Shown here in pieces: positions 13,670 through 26,932 of a stretch of 64,000 bases of DNA. Below the pieces are notes generated by a model. It had not been told where the DNA came from and searched no databases. It worked only from the letters and a program-made list of their open reading frames with translations. The stretch comes from Nemertoderma westbladi (Eukaryota; Animalia; Xenacoelomorpha). Every line of letters starts with the position of its first letter. Position 1 is the stretch's first letter. The translations under genes and the position numbers were made by a program. The stretch is taken from assembly GCA_032718475.1 (NCBI GenBank), contig JAUCBJ010006247.1:23945-87944 (forward strand), read 5' to 3'.

Positions 13670-14130
13670 AAGTAGGATGTAAGTTCACCTAGGATCTAAG
13701 TTCGCCCAGATAGGATCTAAGTTCACCTAGTTACAGTAGGATCTAAGTTCACCTAGTTACAGTAGGATCTAAGTTCACCTAGTTACAGTAGGATCTAAGT
13801 TCACCTAGTTACAGTAGGATCTAAGTTCACCTAGTTAGGATCTAAGTTCACCTAGTTAGGATCTAAGTTCACCTAGTTAGGATCTAAGTTCACCCAGGAT
13901 ATTATCTAAGTTCACATAGTTACAGTAGGATCTAAGTTCACCTAGTTAGGATCTAAGTTGACCCAGATAGGATCTAAGTTCACCTAGTTACAGTGTAGGA
14001 TCTAAGTTCACCTAGTTACAGTAGGATATAAGTTCACCCAGATAGGATCTAAGTTCACATAGTTATAGTAAGATCTAAGTTCCCCCAGTTAGGATCTATG
14101 TTGGCATATACTGTAGGACCTAAGTTCGCA
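13670..14130 (+). repeat. 21-26-bp minisatellite TAGGATCTAAGTTCACCTAGT(TACAG)
   Basis: Direct tandem units are visible, with degenerate copies extending to ~13560 and ~14175. Confidence 0.9.
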
Positions 14131-15056
14131 AAGATCTAACTCCATCAAAGTCAGGCCCTGCAGGATTTAAGTTCGTTTTACCATCAGCAATGATCAGGTA
14201 CAGTTTGTTACAGTACAGAGTTATACAGTTACAGAGTTATACAGTATATTATTATACATGTCTGCCTGTCTGCAGGTATACAAGTATGTCAGTAACAGTA
14301 TGTAGCATGTAGTTTAGTACATAGTACCGGCGCTTCCTAACCCCAGACAGCCAGAACCCAGTAACCTCTTCACCTGCTATCGCTATCACTGTATCAGCAC
14401 AGCGTCACAGATTGAAGAGGTTGATAATAATCTCAGTGATAATTGTAGGCCTATCTGCCTATTCCAGTAATCAAATGTACAGATTACTGATGTAGTCCAG
14501 TCGAGGCGACTGCTGTAACGCAACCTAACAGCCTAACGACTGGCGGATTGGAAAACTGGAACTGAGGAAGGAACAGATTACGGCATTGACCGAGCGCGAG
14601 CACGGAACGCGGGAACGGGATAGGCCTATCAGAAGTAAGGTGAAACCGAGACGAGCTGACGAGGAGATCACCCGGGTCTCGACCTCAGATCTCCTCTTCG
14701 ACTCGACACTGTATGACTGTGCCATTCAGCCATTTTCATTTTCCTGGCAGAGCGACAGAGGAGGGAGGATATACCAGCAGAGCAGTAGCGGTAATCTACG
14801 AAGATATTGTGGACTTGTGGAGCGAGGCAGGTAAGAGTAAGAGTTAGGAGACTGGTTCTGGTTATGTAACGAATAGCGCGACCAATTTTAATTTTAATAG
14901 TTTAAACTGTTAGCAGGGAAGCCGGATAGAAGTAGACCGGAAAAATAATAATACTAGGCCTATAAGAATAATACTGTAATATCCATATCTCGGCATGTTG
15001 TGTAGCTTGAAGTTGGATACCTACCTATACCAGTTGCCATTATAGGTACTGCTATA

Positions 15057-15608
15057 CCAGGCTGCAAACCACCACTGAACCGCGCACAACGCCTGCGCAC
15101 AATTTTTCACCCGCGCAATATTGGACAATGCGCATGCACCGAAAAAAAACGCGAACACCACATTTTAACAAAAAAAAACGAAAAACATATACGAGCGAAA
15201 CGAGCAAAATTTTTTCATTAACAATGCAAAATGAAAAAGATACGCGAGTAAAACTCAAAGTGAGCGAAATTTACGCGAGTAAAACTCAAAGTGAGCGAAA
15301 TTTCTAAATTTAGACATTTGGGCAATCTGACAATGCAAAATGCAAAGAAACGCGAGCGTACGGTAGCGAGCGAAATTTTTTGTGGCGAATTATTTTTCTC
15401 ACTTTGCATGCATGAAAAACTTTTTTACACCTCATCTGCCTGTCCGCGCACTTTATGACTTTTGATATTTTGCACAGATTACTGCGCACTTTTGTTGTCT
15501 TTCACATAATTTCGCGCACTTTTATTTCAATTCCGCGCGCTTTTACCGCGCACTATTTCAAATACGCGCACAACGAGTTGCGATTTTTGCACTTCATTTG
15601 CAGCCTGG
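15057..15608. mobile_element. MITE with 8-bp TSD (superfamily uncertain)
   Basis: TIR CCAGGCTGCAAA / TTTGCAGCCTGG, TSD CTGCTATA on both sides. Confidence 0.8.
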
Positions 15609-17109
15609 CTGCTATAACTGTAGCCAAAGCTAACAGGTAACAAGTAATATCAAGTAACACCAATATGTTGTGATACAACAGTGTGGTTTGGTTTTTTACA
15701 CAACGAACTTAGCACTTTTGCAACACGTATCATCGGTATGCTTGTTGTTTCATTTCAAAATAATCCAATCCAATCAGTCAGTTTACATTATTACTTCGTT
15801 GTTGAATTTCCATCTAGGCCTATAATATTTTCTGTTCCCATCTAAAGTTATAATGATAAGAACTTGGAATAAAGTTATTCACAATGTTTTAATCTTCGTA
15901 TGTTAGTTTGTTTTCCTCGGATAAGCATACACAATGTAAATTGTTACTTTATACATCCCCCCAATTATGTAAATAGTAAATGGTTATAATTATTCGTATA
16001 ACATTGGTTATGTTATTTCAGACGTAAACACGCGATTATTATCTGACTTGGGAACTACCGCTGCAAAAATTCCACGATAATTTAGGATTTCCGATCTCTT
16101 GAGGTCAGTATATTGGAAATATAGTGGGGGAACCATTAATGAATCCCAAACCTTCCTGAATAATCTATTTAATTATCCTAGCTAGGTTACAATAGGTGCT
16201 TAATTCAGTGAGCGGTCCAGGTTAATAGCGCTGCACTACAATCAGAACGTTAGGAGAACTAAGAATATTGGGTTTACATAGTCGGTGCTGATTAAGGAAT
16301 GCCAAGTGGGACGGTTGGGGGCCGAGCCTTGTAAAGTTAGTGCGAGCCTTATGGTACGTAAAGTAGTTGACTAGGTCTGGTGTTGGTGGGTTCGAGTTGG
16401 CGTGTGAGGTGAGTCTGTCTGTTTAAATATTTAACATACTTCATATGTCAGTTATTTTCAAGTTAAGTCGTGACTTGAATAAGGTAATGTTTGATTTGAT
16501 CAAGTTGAGTTATTAAGGTAAGTAAGTATGTTTTGTTGCACCATTTATTGAAGCGACTAAGACTGTTACTCTATTTATATGGTATTATTTCAAATGATGG
16601 GTTGGTCATCAACAAATAATAAACATTTTGCAAGGATGTATGGTACTTTGTGTTACGGTACTAGGGTACTTTCCGTTTGTGTTAATTGAGTAATTAATTT
16701 TGGTAATTTTGAGTGTGTTAATTGAGGAATATAATTGAGGTAATTGATGTTTTTTTTATATCAATTTAATCCACGCTTATGATTTAGTCTGCATACTGCT
16801 AACACCCACCCTCCATCATTCTTTATAGCCTCCATAGTAAAGTAAATAAATTGGTGTTAACATGTTATTGCAATGTTATTTCAAGAAGAAAATAGTTTGC
16901 TAAATTATGATTCTTGTCCAGTCCATTACATTAATGTGGAATGTCTCACCTCACGTGGGGTCGAACCAGCGATGTGCGGTAGGTATGATGTTTCGTAGTA
17001 GTAATGTAATAGTTAGTACTTTACTTTTTTTTAGAAAAAAGTTAGTAAAGTTTTCGGTGAACCGAAACACGAATCACTGGAACTCAATCCGTATCTCTCT
17101 TGGCTGTTT

Positions 17110-17355
17110 CCTGTAAAGGCAGGTAGTGCGCTATTCTAACTCATACCCGGTAATCTCTCTTTACTCCCCAGCAGCCGTAGCCAGGTCCCCATTGTATTGA
17201 CAGGGTTTGTGGGTGACTGACTGGGTGGGAATGGCCAGTGGGCACTAACTTATAAAGTGTCTTGCTTAGGGAGATAATAGTGCGAAATGTAAGCAGCCTT
17301 TAGTCAGACTGGAAACCGCGCCGGCAGTCAATATTGCGATAGCAGTCAGCGTTTC
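17110..17355 (-). mobile_element. Old SINE remnant
   Basis: AAGTGTCTTGCTTAGGGA (CORE-like) and GCCAGGTCCCCATT segments, plus a degenerate tRNA-like end. Confidence 0.35.
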
Positions 17356-18661
17356 TGAGAAAATGTTTGGTAACTTCAATCGACCAATATTTTCCGATTG
17401 TCTCTCCGGTTAAATAGAATATCCTAAGTTTCGTAAGTGTTTGTTACTAATAGCTATTGTTTATGGGTTACCTGCATCACGATTGTACGTAATGGTTCTT
17501 ATACTTCTCGCTCCTAGTCTAGACTGACACTTACCAATCGCTCTTAGGATTGCAGGTTGGAGATGATTGACAGCTAACACACGGCCAGCTGGGGTTGGCC
17601 GTTTCAGTGTTGAACTAACATGTTAAAAGGTGGCAAGTAGGCGATAGTTGCATGGGATAGTCTTTCCTGGGTAATTGATACTGACACCTGCTCAATTTGT
17701 TTGGTGTTTAACATAGCTTAAGTTATTCCGGCAACCCATGGGGAATTTTAGTTTAAAGGCTTATCTAAGATTTTGGCAGGTGCAGCAAAGCAGCAAATCT
17801 TTTGAAGCTTCCTAATTCTCTAGTGGAAGGGGTCACTGGTGTTTTGTTTATTCTCCAGTAGGCTTCTTGCTGATAAGCTAATTTGATTTGTCAATATAAT
17901 TTATCTCTTTAATATAAATCTGGTTGTTTTGCTTGTATTGATTGTTTAATACCCAGACAGAGTGAGACAGTTACCCTTCCTTTAACTTTCCTGTCATTTG
18001 GACTGAAAAATGTATTATTTTATTTAATATTGAATATTTTATGAAGAGTAGGAATTAATAAATCTGTACAATTTGTGACTTTGTCCGTAATATAGCTAAG
18101 TAATATAATTTAATTTCTATAATTTTAATTAATTTTATAATTTTTTTCTATAATTTTACAAATATAATTTTTTTGGGTTATTCTTCTGTGTATTTGTAAT
18201 GTATTTATTAGTTAGTTTAATTAGTTAGTGTACATTAATCAACCACACTACTCTGTAAAACCATTATAACTAGAATAATATTTAATTTAATTGGAGGTTA
18301 GTATTACAAAATTATAATTTGTGTTCAAATTATCTCCTTTTTCAAAGAAAAGACAGTGTCATTAATTCTGCAAGAAGGGATTCCACAAGTTATATATTTA
18401 ATATTTATTATTAAAACATCTGTGACATTCACAATCTGCATAAGGAATTGAAGGCTCATTCCGAAGTAAATAGGCTTTAAAATTCAAATTTACAAGCACG
18501 AATCAGGCAATATAGATAATATTGAGACCTATACATAATTACCTAACCTAATGATTCAGTTTGTGGACAATAATTGACGTCTCACCAAAATTTAAAAATG
18601 AACAAAAAAAACAAATTAATCAAGAAGTTTAAATTATGGTATTTGTAGTTGGGTCGTATTC

Positions 18662-18934
18662 AAAATAAAGTAAAGTTTTCTTGGTTGGTTTGGCCAGGGA
18701 TTACGCACAAAAAGTCTAATGACTTCCCCGTCCATTTATTTCCAGAACTAATATACTCCCCAGAGGAAATTGTTACTCATTTAGCCACCATTTAAGGATG
18801 CAAGGTAGAGATGCGCCCTTTCTAGTCCCTTTAAAGCATTTGAAACTAAAACTACCCTGGTCCCAAGGCGGGGATCGAACCCTCAACCTCCAAGGATATT
18901 GGAATTCAATGTAACCACTACACCATGGTGGGAC
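18662..18934 (-). mobile_element. tRNA-derived SINE (family also at 39358, 58742 and 61291)
   Basis: Reverse complement has A box GGTGTAGTGG, B box GGTTCGATCCC, the TAAATGAGTA..TTTCCTCTGGGGAGTA core and a (CTTTA)n tail. Confidence 0.8.
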
Positions 18935-19173
18935 TTAATTCGAGACTGTATCATAAGAAGGAGACAAGACAGAACGAAAATCAGTCGTTTGGAGCAATAT
19001 TAACAGAACAAAAATAAGGAAAAAAATTTAGAACGAACGCAAGAAACTTAATATTATTATACCAACTTTGGGGACCAACTTTTATTATAACTTTGGGGAG
19101 AATGTAAAATATGGGTATATTAATATAATCTTAAACAAAATTATTAATTAAATTATATAAATAAAATTATTAA

Positions 19174-20109
19174 GGGGGTGGGGGGGGGGGGGGGGGGGGT
19201 CATTTTTTTTCATCAGATTTTTATTAATGTGTTTCCCAATGTGAAACTTTATGGCGATTCCGAATCCAAATCAGTTTTTTTCGATAAGTTGTTTCGTTCT
19301 CGAGTTATGGCAACTTTTATAATTTTCAACCAAATTTTGAAAAATTTTAATTTTGTTGCAGCACCACATTTGACACCAAAAAAGACCATCAAACACCCAG
19401 AAATTTCGAAATATTTTACCATTTTCGGAATCAGCACCGAAAATTAGAAGAAGATCATTTTTGAAAAAAAATTTTTTTTTAACAATGTTCACTTTAGGTG
19501 CATGTTTGGTCAGTTGTAATCAGGAGGATATTCAAATGTAATTTTTCTCTCGTAGGCTTTTTGGCTTCCGATTTTCGTTCTATTTGCAGAATTATGTAGA
19601 GGAATATTCCGCGCAAAAATTTTGATGACAATAATTTTTAAATTTTGTTTAAAAAAAAGTTATGGCATTTTTCGTTTCAAAAATACCGAAAAATCGAAAA
19701 AAAATCAAAATTTCGCGATTTTTTACACAAAAAATGCCATACCCTTTTTTGACACAAAATTTATAATTCTGTCAACACAATTTTTGCGTGGAATATTCCT
19801 CTACATAATTCTGCAAACAGAACGAAAATCGGTTGAGTCGTTAAAAAGTTGATAAATGAAGTGTCCCAAAAAAGCCAACTCGAGAAAAATGACATTTAAA
19901 TTTCCCCCTGATTACAACCGACCAATCATGCTTAAAAATTTTCAAATTTTGGGTGAAAATTATAAAAGTTGCCATAACTCGAGAACAAAACAACTTTTCG
20001 AAAAACTGATTTCAGATTCAGAATCACCATAAAATATTACATCGGAAAACACATTTAAAAAAATCTGATGTAAAAAAAAGAATGGGGGTGAACCCCCCCC
20101 CCCCCCACC
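19174..20109. mobile_element. Kolobok-type MITE with long imperfect TIRs
   Basis: TTAA|GG(G)n ... (C)nCC|TTAA, with inverted similarity extending several hundred bp (e.g. TTCTCGAGTTATGGCAACTTTTATAATTTT / AAAATTATAAAAGTTGCCATAACTCGAGAA). Confidence 0.75.
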
Positions 20110-21639
20110 TTAAATTATTACCTAGAAAATAAACTGATATAAAAAATGAATGAATATTGTAATCAGACAAATTTATAACAGGCAAAATTGACATTTCACT
20201 GACAGACACGACATCCTTCTGGCAAGTGAAGACTGTCATTTCACTTGATTACTTATAAGACAAACTGCAGTCAGACGGGCTTCATGATTCTTATTTGATA
20301 GTCAATGTGACTCACTTTTTTTCTCCACACGCATTTCATCATTCGCAAACAAATGATTTATGCTATCATTGCTATATATCTGAGCCCTGGGTATATTTTC
20401 AGATAACCTTTCAATGTTCAATCTATGCCAGTGATTTTTATATTGTGTTGGGTTTACCACGTAAGTTTATCAACAGTAATTTAAACTCCGGTGAAAACAC
20501 AGGAATGTAAAAGTTTGTTTAATCTCTTTGGATTGTAAGGCATCATCCACACTGTCTGCATCCCCATGTAATGGCATGTTTAGTTTATAATTTATATTAA
20601 GCCGTAATAAATTACGGGTCCCGGAAATGAGAACTCAGCGAAGACAGGTGCATCGAGATCGCATCACCTGGCGGTTCCTTCCTAATCAAAAGGACCTTGG
20701 CTAATCACCGCCAGTATTTTTTCTCATTATACCTGTATAATAATTATATAGTGTTTTCCTATACGATATAGAATGTTTAGGCTTGTCTTCGTATGCAACT
20801 TGTTGGTTGACATGTTATTTTTTCTGTCTTATTAACTTCTTGGTGAAGAATTTCCGACAAATTATTGAATGATTTGAGTTCAACTATGTTTAACTTTGTT
20901 TCGGAGGCGTAGTTGGAAGTTCGGGGGGGTCAATGTTTTGCTGCCTGGTTGTAGAGAGTTGTATTACAAATTCTATTAAAATGTATTTTAAATTTGTTTT
21001 CGCGAGACCACCAACCTATTTTTCAAACCAATTTTTCCTGTCTTTGTTAATTTGCATATCCGTAGCAACGATTAATGGCAATGGGTTCTCAAATATAAAC
21101 ATTCATTAAGCAGACAGAAAATATTGTGTGAGATTATTTTAAAACGTGTGTCATTTACCTTGTAACTAATATAACACGTAACCCCTTACTAGTGAGATTG
21201 AATCAAACAGATATGGGGTAATAGCCGACAATGCGGTGGGGTGGTGGGTGGGCAATTCCTGGCACAAAGCCAGGTTCGTCCCATTGTTATTGAATAGCGG
21301 CACGAGCTAGGTAGCATGCTTCTAGTGGCTGCTACTCAGCACACAGTAACTATAACCAACCTCCCAGGTCGGAAAGGGTTAGTTCCTTGTATTTGCTTTA
21401 GGACACTTATCGCTCTAACGATCTATGTGTTCTATTTCTCATTTGCTAGGAATTACATGAAAAAAATGCGAAAGCTTGTTCTACCTACACCAAGCGTTAT
21501 TCGCTATTACAGTGTAAATGGATGGATTGGGTATAATAATAAACACGTATGCAATGCATCCTTTAGTGGTAGGGAGAGGTCAATTTGTGAATTGGATAAA
21601 TTGCTCATCAGCTATTTCCTAATAGTCGAATATGTTCAT

Positions 21640-21900
21640 TGTGTCAAATACAATTCACTTTATATACACAATTTGAGGAGACTCACCCCCCACCACAGCC
21701 TGACACTTGAACTGACCCGCCTCCGCTTTGCAGGACATTACTTTCGCCGTGATAACCAGCTAATCCCGTGCAAGATTCCCTTATAATGTTGGCTAATATT
21801 ATATAATATCCTATGACTTGTTTGAGACGCAGGCGCCTCTTAAAGGACACTGGCCTACAAGATGCCGATAATATCGCTAAGGTAATCGGTAATGGAATAT
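21640..21900 (+). mobile_element. RTE-clade LINE 3' remnant
   Basis: Translates RLRFAGHYFRR, the typical RTE C-terminal motif; degraded. Confidence 0.45.
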
Positions 21901-23344
21901 AGGGAGTTGTGCCGGCCAATTTTGTTGACAAAAAGGAAACAGCCAGCATATCATTTCTACTGCAGCTGCGTTGCAGCATGCCGGCTAGGCCTATAGATTG
22001 TTGCCTGACACATATCAATGGAATCGTACGGCTGTGACATGATAGCCATCGGAAATATACTTTTGGCTCGCTCCATGCATACATCCAGTTTTCTTAGTTG
22101 TTATGTTTCATGTACATTCAAGGAACACAGTACTTTGTCTATTGCTACAATGATTTTGAAGATTTTGTTTGGCTGCATTGATTTTGGAGTAAATTTCGTT
22201 TAGCTGTGCAAGGATTTTGGGGAAATTAATTTGACTGCAAGAACTTTGATAGTTCATGTCTCATCTTCAAAACATGCCCTGGTATTCGGTTGTTGACTCT
22301 TTTCCTTATTGGTAGCTTTCACTATGCGGTGCTCGCGATGCGACATATCTGCTGTTTTTGGCTTTCGGTCGGTTTCTGTGTTCGATATTGAGCTTTTGGG
22401 TTCGATCTTATGCCATAACATTTACTCTCTATCCATTTCAATATGATCCCCTCGCCGTTAGCCTTACCCTCCCTGGTGTGCTCACCCAGTTGAATAAATA
22501 CCCCCCACCCCCCCCCCCCCCCTCCCCACCCTCCTCATGCAGCACGCATCGATCATCCATGCTACTTGAATATCGGTTAACGGCCACTGCAATGCATCAA
22601 GTCTCATGGAAGAGAAACCGACTTGCTTATTCAAGCGTTACTTAGGCCTACTATATGTTATATATGGATATATATATATATACGTGGCCGCCATGGGCCT
22701 TGGTTTCACTCTACTGCGCGCTCTATATACCGCTAAACCTTAGCTGATGCCATTCAATGGGCCGCTAATTATGGTTAGGCGAGTGGTTGAAAGCAGTGTT
22801 TATATGTCCAGAGGAACTTTCAATTAACTAGCTCATACCCCCCCCTGCTCCAGGCATGGCGAACGAATCAAAGGCAAATATTGCTTGATTCAGTTTCCCT
22901 GCCTCCTTTGTTGCTTCACGTTGATAGGTGTTAATAATTGAAGACATTTTTTATGATTGTTATGCTTCAACGTTAGTCGATGAACAATCTGCCCCCCCCC
23001 CCCCCCCCCATCACTGCTTCTTTAAATATTCTTCTTTGTCCAGTCTTTGGCTGCATTATATCATAAAATATGTAATCGAAGTCGCCTATAAATCAATTTC
23101 TGATGATCACCATTTTGCGATTCAGCCAGCAATGAGTGCAATGACAAATTGTTAGTACAGCAGAAGCAGAAAAGGCGGTTAGTTCTTGCAGTAGCAATGG
23201 AGCAGCACTTACACAATTATTTATAGAACCAAGTAAAATGCCGTGAAATTCAAAAGGCTCCTAAAGTAAGCAAACGGAAAATACATTATATTCAGTATGG
23301 GCAATGTCAGTGATAATCCCAGTTAGACTCAGACTGAATTGTAC

Positions 23345-24105
23345 CACTCACTGCAGCATTACAGTAAGAAGCACCTGCACTTATTCTGTAACACCTGCAG
23401 TGATGACGTAGCTGCATCACCTGCAGTGATGTTGTAGCTGCAGCACCTTCAGTGATGATGTAGCTGCAGCACTTGCATTTATGAAGTTGCACCTGTATTG
23501 ATGATGTATAGCTGCAGCACCTACAGTGATGTTGTAGCTGCAGCACTTGCATTTATGAAGTAGCACCTGTATTGATGATGTATAGTTGCAGCACCTGTAG
23601 TGAGTGATGATGTATAGCTGCAGCACCTGCAGTGATGTTGTAGCTGCAGCACCTTCAGTGATGATGTAGCTGCAGCACTTGCATTTATGAAGTAGCACCT
23701 GTATTGATGATGTATAGCTGCAGCACCTACAGTGATGTTGAAGCTGCAGCACCTGCAGTGATGTTGTAGCTGCAGCACCTTCAGTGATGATGTAGCTGCA
23801 GCACTTGCATTTATGAAGTAGCACCTGTATTGATGATGTATAGCTGCATCACCTGTTGTGAGTGATGATGTATAGCTGCAGCACCTGCAGTGATGTTGTA
23901 GCTGCAGCACCTTCAGTGATGATGTAGCTGCAGCACTTGCATTTATGAAGTAGCACCTGTATTGATGATGTATAGCTGCAGCACCTGCAGTGATGATGTA
24001 GCTGCAGCACCTGAAGTGATGTTGTTAACTGCAGCACCTTCAGTGATGCTGTAGCTGCAGCACCTGCAGTGATGCTGTAGCTGTAGCAGCATCTGCAGCA
24101 CCTCC
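23345..24105 (+). repeat. 24-26-bp TGATGTAGCTGCAGCACCTGCAG-type tandem array with higher-order organisation
   Basis: Repeating subunits with a periodic CTTGCATTTATGAAGTAGCACCTGTATT variant about every 120-125 bp. Confidence 0.9.
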
Positions 24106-24497
24106 AACATTTGAGATTTCGCTAATAAAGCAATAAATTCCCGTTTCTAAAAAGCATTTTTTGAATTAGCAACATAGCAATGATTTCATCCAAATACATC
24201 TAAATCCCTGTTCTTGTATCCAAAACATTCAGTCCGCGGCAATGCCGATTTTAGGGCATTCATCATAATACAGGAAATCGACTATCTTTTTATTCTTTTT
24301 GTAGTTTTTACTGCCCTGGTGACTAAAGAAAAACAACGAGCTCTTTATATCAATTAATTTCTGCCACAAGGGCCATCGTCAGGATATAAACAAACAAACA
24401 AACAAACAGAAACGACACCACAAAAAGGTAGTCTATTTCATGAAACAAATATATATCCAGTCATATTTTCGTCGTGTTACGACGGCTATGACTTGTA
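24106..24497 (-). mobile_element. Helentron-associated (HINE/DINE-1-like) element end: bulged hairpin, core and (GTTT)n microsatellite
   Basis: Hairpin AGTCATA-tttt-CGTCGT-gtt-ACGACG-gc-TATGACT at 24459-24493. (AAAC)n at ~24388-24408. The adjacent tandem block at 23345-24105 resembles DINE central tandem repeats. The other end was not found. Confidence 0.45.
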
Positions 24498-26932
24498 AAC
24501 AGCATCAGGTTTTTCGAAAAGATCGCCCCTCTCTTGGCGGCGGGGTGGCAATACTGGTGCGCAACAACATTCGTTGTGTGAATGTTCCTCTCCCTAACAA
24601 CCTGGATGGACTCGAGGTGGTCGCTGTCGATTTTCTCGGGTCGACTCCTTTCCGTATGGTTTGCGCCTACAGAACCCCAGATTCTGAAACCGGAGAAGAG
24701 AGAACGGAGAAGTTGGAACTGGACTGCAAACTGAGGCAATGTATCTCATCGCTGTGCGACGTCACCCAACCTTGTCTCGTGGTAGGCGATTTCAATCTGC
24801 CTGATTTTAACTGGAAGGATTTTAATTACCCATCAAGCCACAACTACGAACAGTTTTCTTTATTTATTTTAGAAAATGGTTTTGATCAACTGGTTACAAG
24901 ACCCACTCGTGAGGATAATATTTTAGATATAATTTTAGTTTCTGACGAATCAATTGTGTCTGATGTTGAAGTAGGGCATACTTTTTCAACCAGTGACCAC
25001 TCAATAGTAAACTTTTATACTTTAGGACCAGACATTTTAATTCCAGTTAACAATTTGGGTTTTTACGATTTTAAAAATGCTGATTTTGTAGGATTTTCCC
25101 ATTACATTTCGAACATTAATTGGCACCTCAATTTTGACTCGTGCAGTACGATTGATGAATTTTGGAACGTTTTTTCAACAGTACTTAAAGACGGTGTTGA
25201 TAAATTTGTACCATACAAACTACTAAACACTAAGAAAAAGGTGTACCCACATCACATTCGCGCACTACAACGAAAGAAAAAGTTACTTTGTCGCCGGCGC
25301 CACACGGAGATCGGTAAATCAGATTACAACCGTTGTTGTAAGGAACTGTCGGAGGCAATTCTCCGATCTGAATGTTTACGAGAATATAAAATTCTAAACA
25401 GTGGAAAGGCGAATGTTTTGTTTAATTACGTAAACTTAAAGTGCAAATCTAGACAGGGAATTTCACCTCTTTCATTTAATGGTGCCACAATTGTAGATGA
25501 TGCCGTCAAGGCTGATATTTTCGCTAAGGTTCTGTCAGACAATTTTAATATTGATAATAACGATTGCCCTACATTTACGCGGAGGGTCCCGCAATCTGTA
25601 TATATTTCTAAAGTCGATTTTTCAGTTGATCGTGTTTTCTCAATTATTCGTAAATTAGGTTCTAAAACAAGTCGTACGCCTGACGGTTTTCTGTGCATTT
25701 TATTCAGTAATTTAGCGTCAGTTTTATCTTTACCGTTATCTGTTATTTTTAATATTTCTTTTAAATCACATGCCCTTCCTTCAATTTGGTCTACAGCTAT
25801 TATTGTCCCGTTGTACAAAAAAGGAAACTCGAGTGACCCATATAACTACAGACCCTTTTCATTGACTTGTATTGCGTGTAAAATTATGGAGCAGTGTATT
25901 AAACAAGATTTGTGTGATTACTTATTTACTAACAAATTAATTAATAAGGCCCAACATGGCTTCTTAAAAAATAAGTCTACATGTACCCAGCTATTAGAAT
26001 GTACAAAGGATTGGATTAAATTATTAGATAGAAAGTGCACTGTTGATGTAATCTACATAGACTTTGCGAAAGCCTTTGATTCTGTTGTGCACCAAAAACT
26101 TTTGTGTAAACTTTCTTCTTACGGTATAGTAGGTGACTTATTTTATTGGTTAAAGGCTTTTCTCGCATATAGATCACAACGTATTTTAGTTGGTAGTAGT
26201 TTCTCGGATTATAGTCCAGTTACGTCGGGCACCATACAAGGTAGCGTACTAGGTCCAATTTTATTTGTGCTTTTTATTAACGATTTACCGGATATATTTA
26301 ATTTAGGGTTATCCTGTAAACTATTTGCGGACGACGTCAAAATATATGCGCCATCCAGCGACCATTTACTGATATCACAGTCCCTGTACAAAATCACAGA
26401 ATGGTCTAATAAATGGCAGTTGAATATCGCTCCACACAAATGTATAGTGCTCTATTTAGGTTACAATAACCCTCAACAGCAATATTTTCTAGATAGTAAA
26501 CTTGTTAAAGCAGAGGATGATAGTAAGGATCTGGGAGTTACGATTTCTTCTGATTTTAAATTTAATAAACATTGCCATGAGCGTGCTCTGAAATCAACTA
26601 AAGTAATCAATATGATTTTTAGATGTTTTCGTACTCGTAATATGGTAGCCCTAATTTGTGCTTATAAATCTTACGTGCGTCCCTTATTGGAATATTGTAC
26701 AGTAATTTGGTCTCCTTTTACCAAAGGACATATAGATCTGATCGAACACGTACAGAGATATTTTACGCGCAGATTATTTTTTAGATGTAAATTAACCATG
26801 GTGCCTTATTTAGATAGACTTGAGTACTTAAACTTACAACCACTCGAAGTTAGACGTCATGTGTTTGATTTAAAACAGGTTTACTCTATAATCACCGGTG
26901 CAGTGCAAATGAATTTTGATGATTTTTTTTAG
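24440..26932 (+). CDS. LINE ORF2 (partial endonuclease + RT), 830 aa; frameshift at a T-run near 26925, continuing in 26916-27152
   Basis: ORF track and the motifs above. The first ~19 codons come from flanking DNA, not from the LINE. Confidence 0.8.
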   Translation: MKQIYIQSYFRRVTTAMTCKQHQVFRKDRPSLGGGVAILVRNNIRCVNVPLPNNLDGLEVVAVDFLGSTPFRMVCAYRTPDSETGEERTEKLELDCKLRQCISSLCDVTQPCLVVGDFNLPDFNWKDFNYPSSHNYEQFSLFILENGFDQLVTRPTREDNILDIILVSDESIVSDVEVGHTFSTSDHSIVNFYTLGPDILIPVNNLGFYDFKNADFVGFSHYISNINWHLNFDSCSTIDEFWNVFSTVLKDGVDKFVPYKLLNTKKKVYPHHIRALQRKKKLLCRRRHTEIGKSDYNRCCKELSEAILRSECLREYKILNSGKANVLFNYVNLKCKSRQGISPLSFNGATIVDDAVKADIFAKVLSDNFNIDNNDCPTFTRRVPQSVYISKVDFSVDRVFSIIRKLGSKTSRTPDGFLCILFSNLASVLSLPLSVIFNISFKSHALPSIWSTAIIVPLYKKGNSSDPYNYRPFSLTCIACKIMEQCIKQDLCDYLFTNKLINKAQHGFLKNKSTCTQLLECTKDWIKLLDRKCTVDVIYIDFAKAFDSVVHQKLLCKLSSYGIVGDLFYWLKAFLAYRSQRILVGSSFSDYSPVTSGTIQGSVLGPILFVLFINDLPDIFNLGLSCKLFADDVKIYAPSSDHLLISQSLYKITEWSNKWQLNIAPHKCIVLYLGYNNPQQQYFLDSKLVKAEDDSKDLGVTISSDFKFNKHCHERALKSTKVINMIFRCFRTRNMVALICAYKSYVRPLLEYCTVIWSPFTKGHIDLIEHVQRYFTRRLFFRCKLTMVPYLDRLEYLNLQPLEVRRHVFDLKQVYSIITGAVQMNFDDFF

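Noticed and set aside
23307-24037. Cys/His-rich ORFs
   Set aside because: Derived from the 24-26-bp tandem array and open in several frames.
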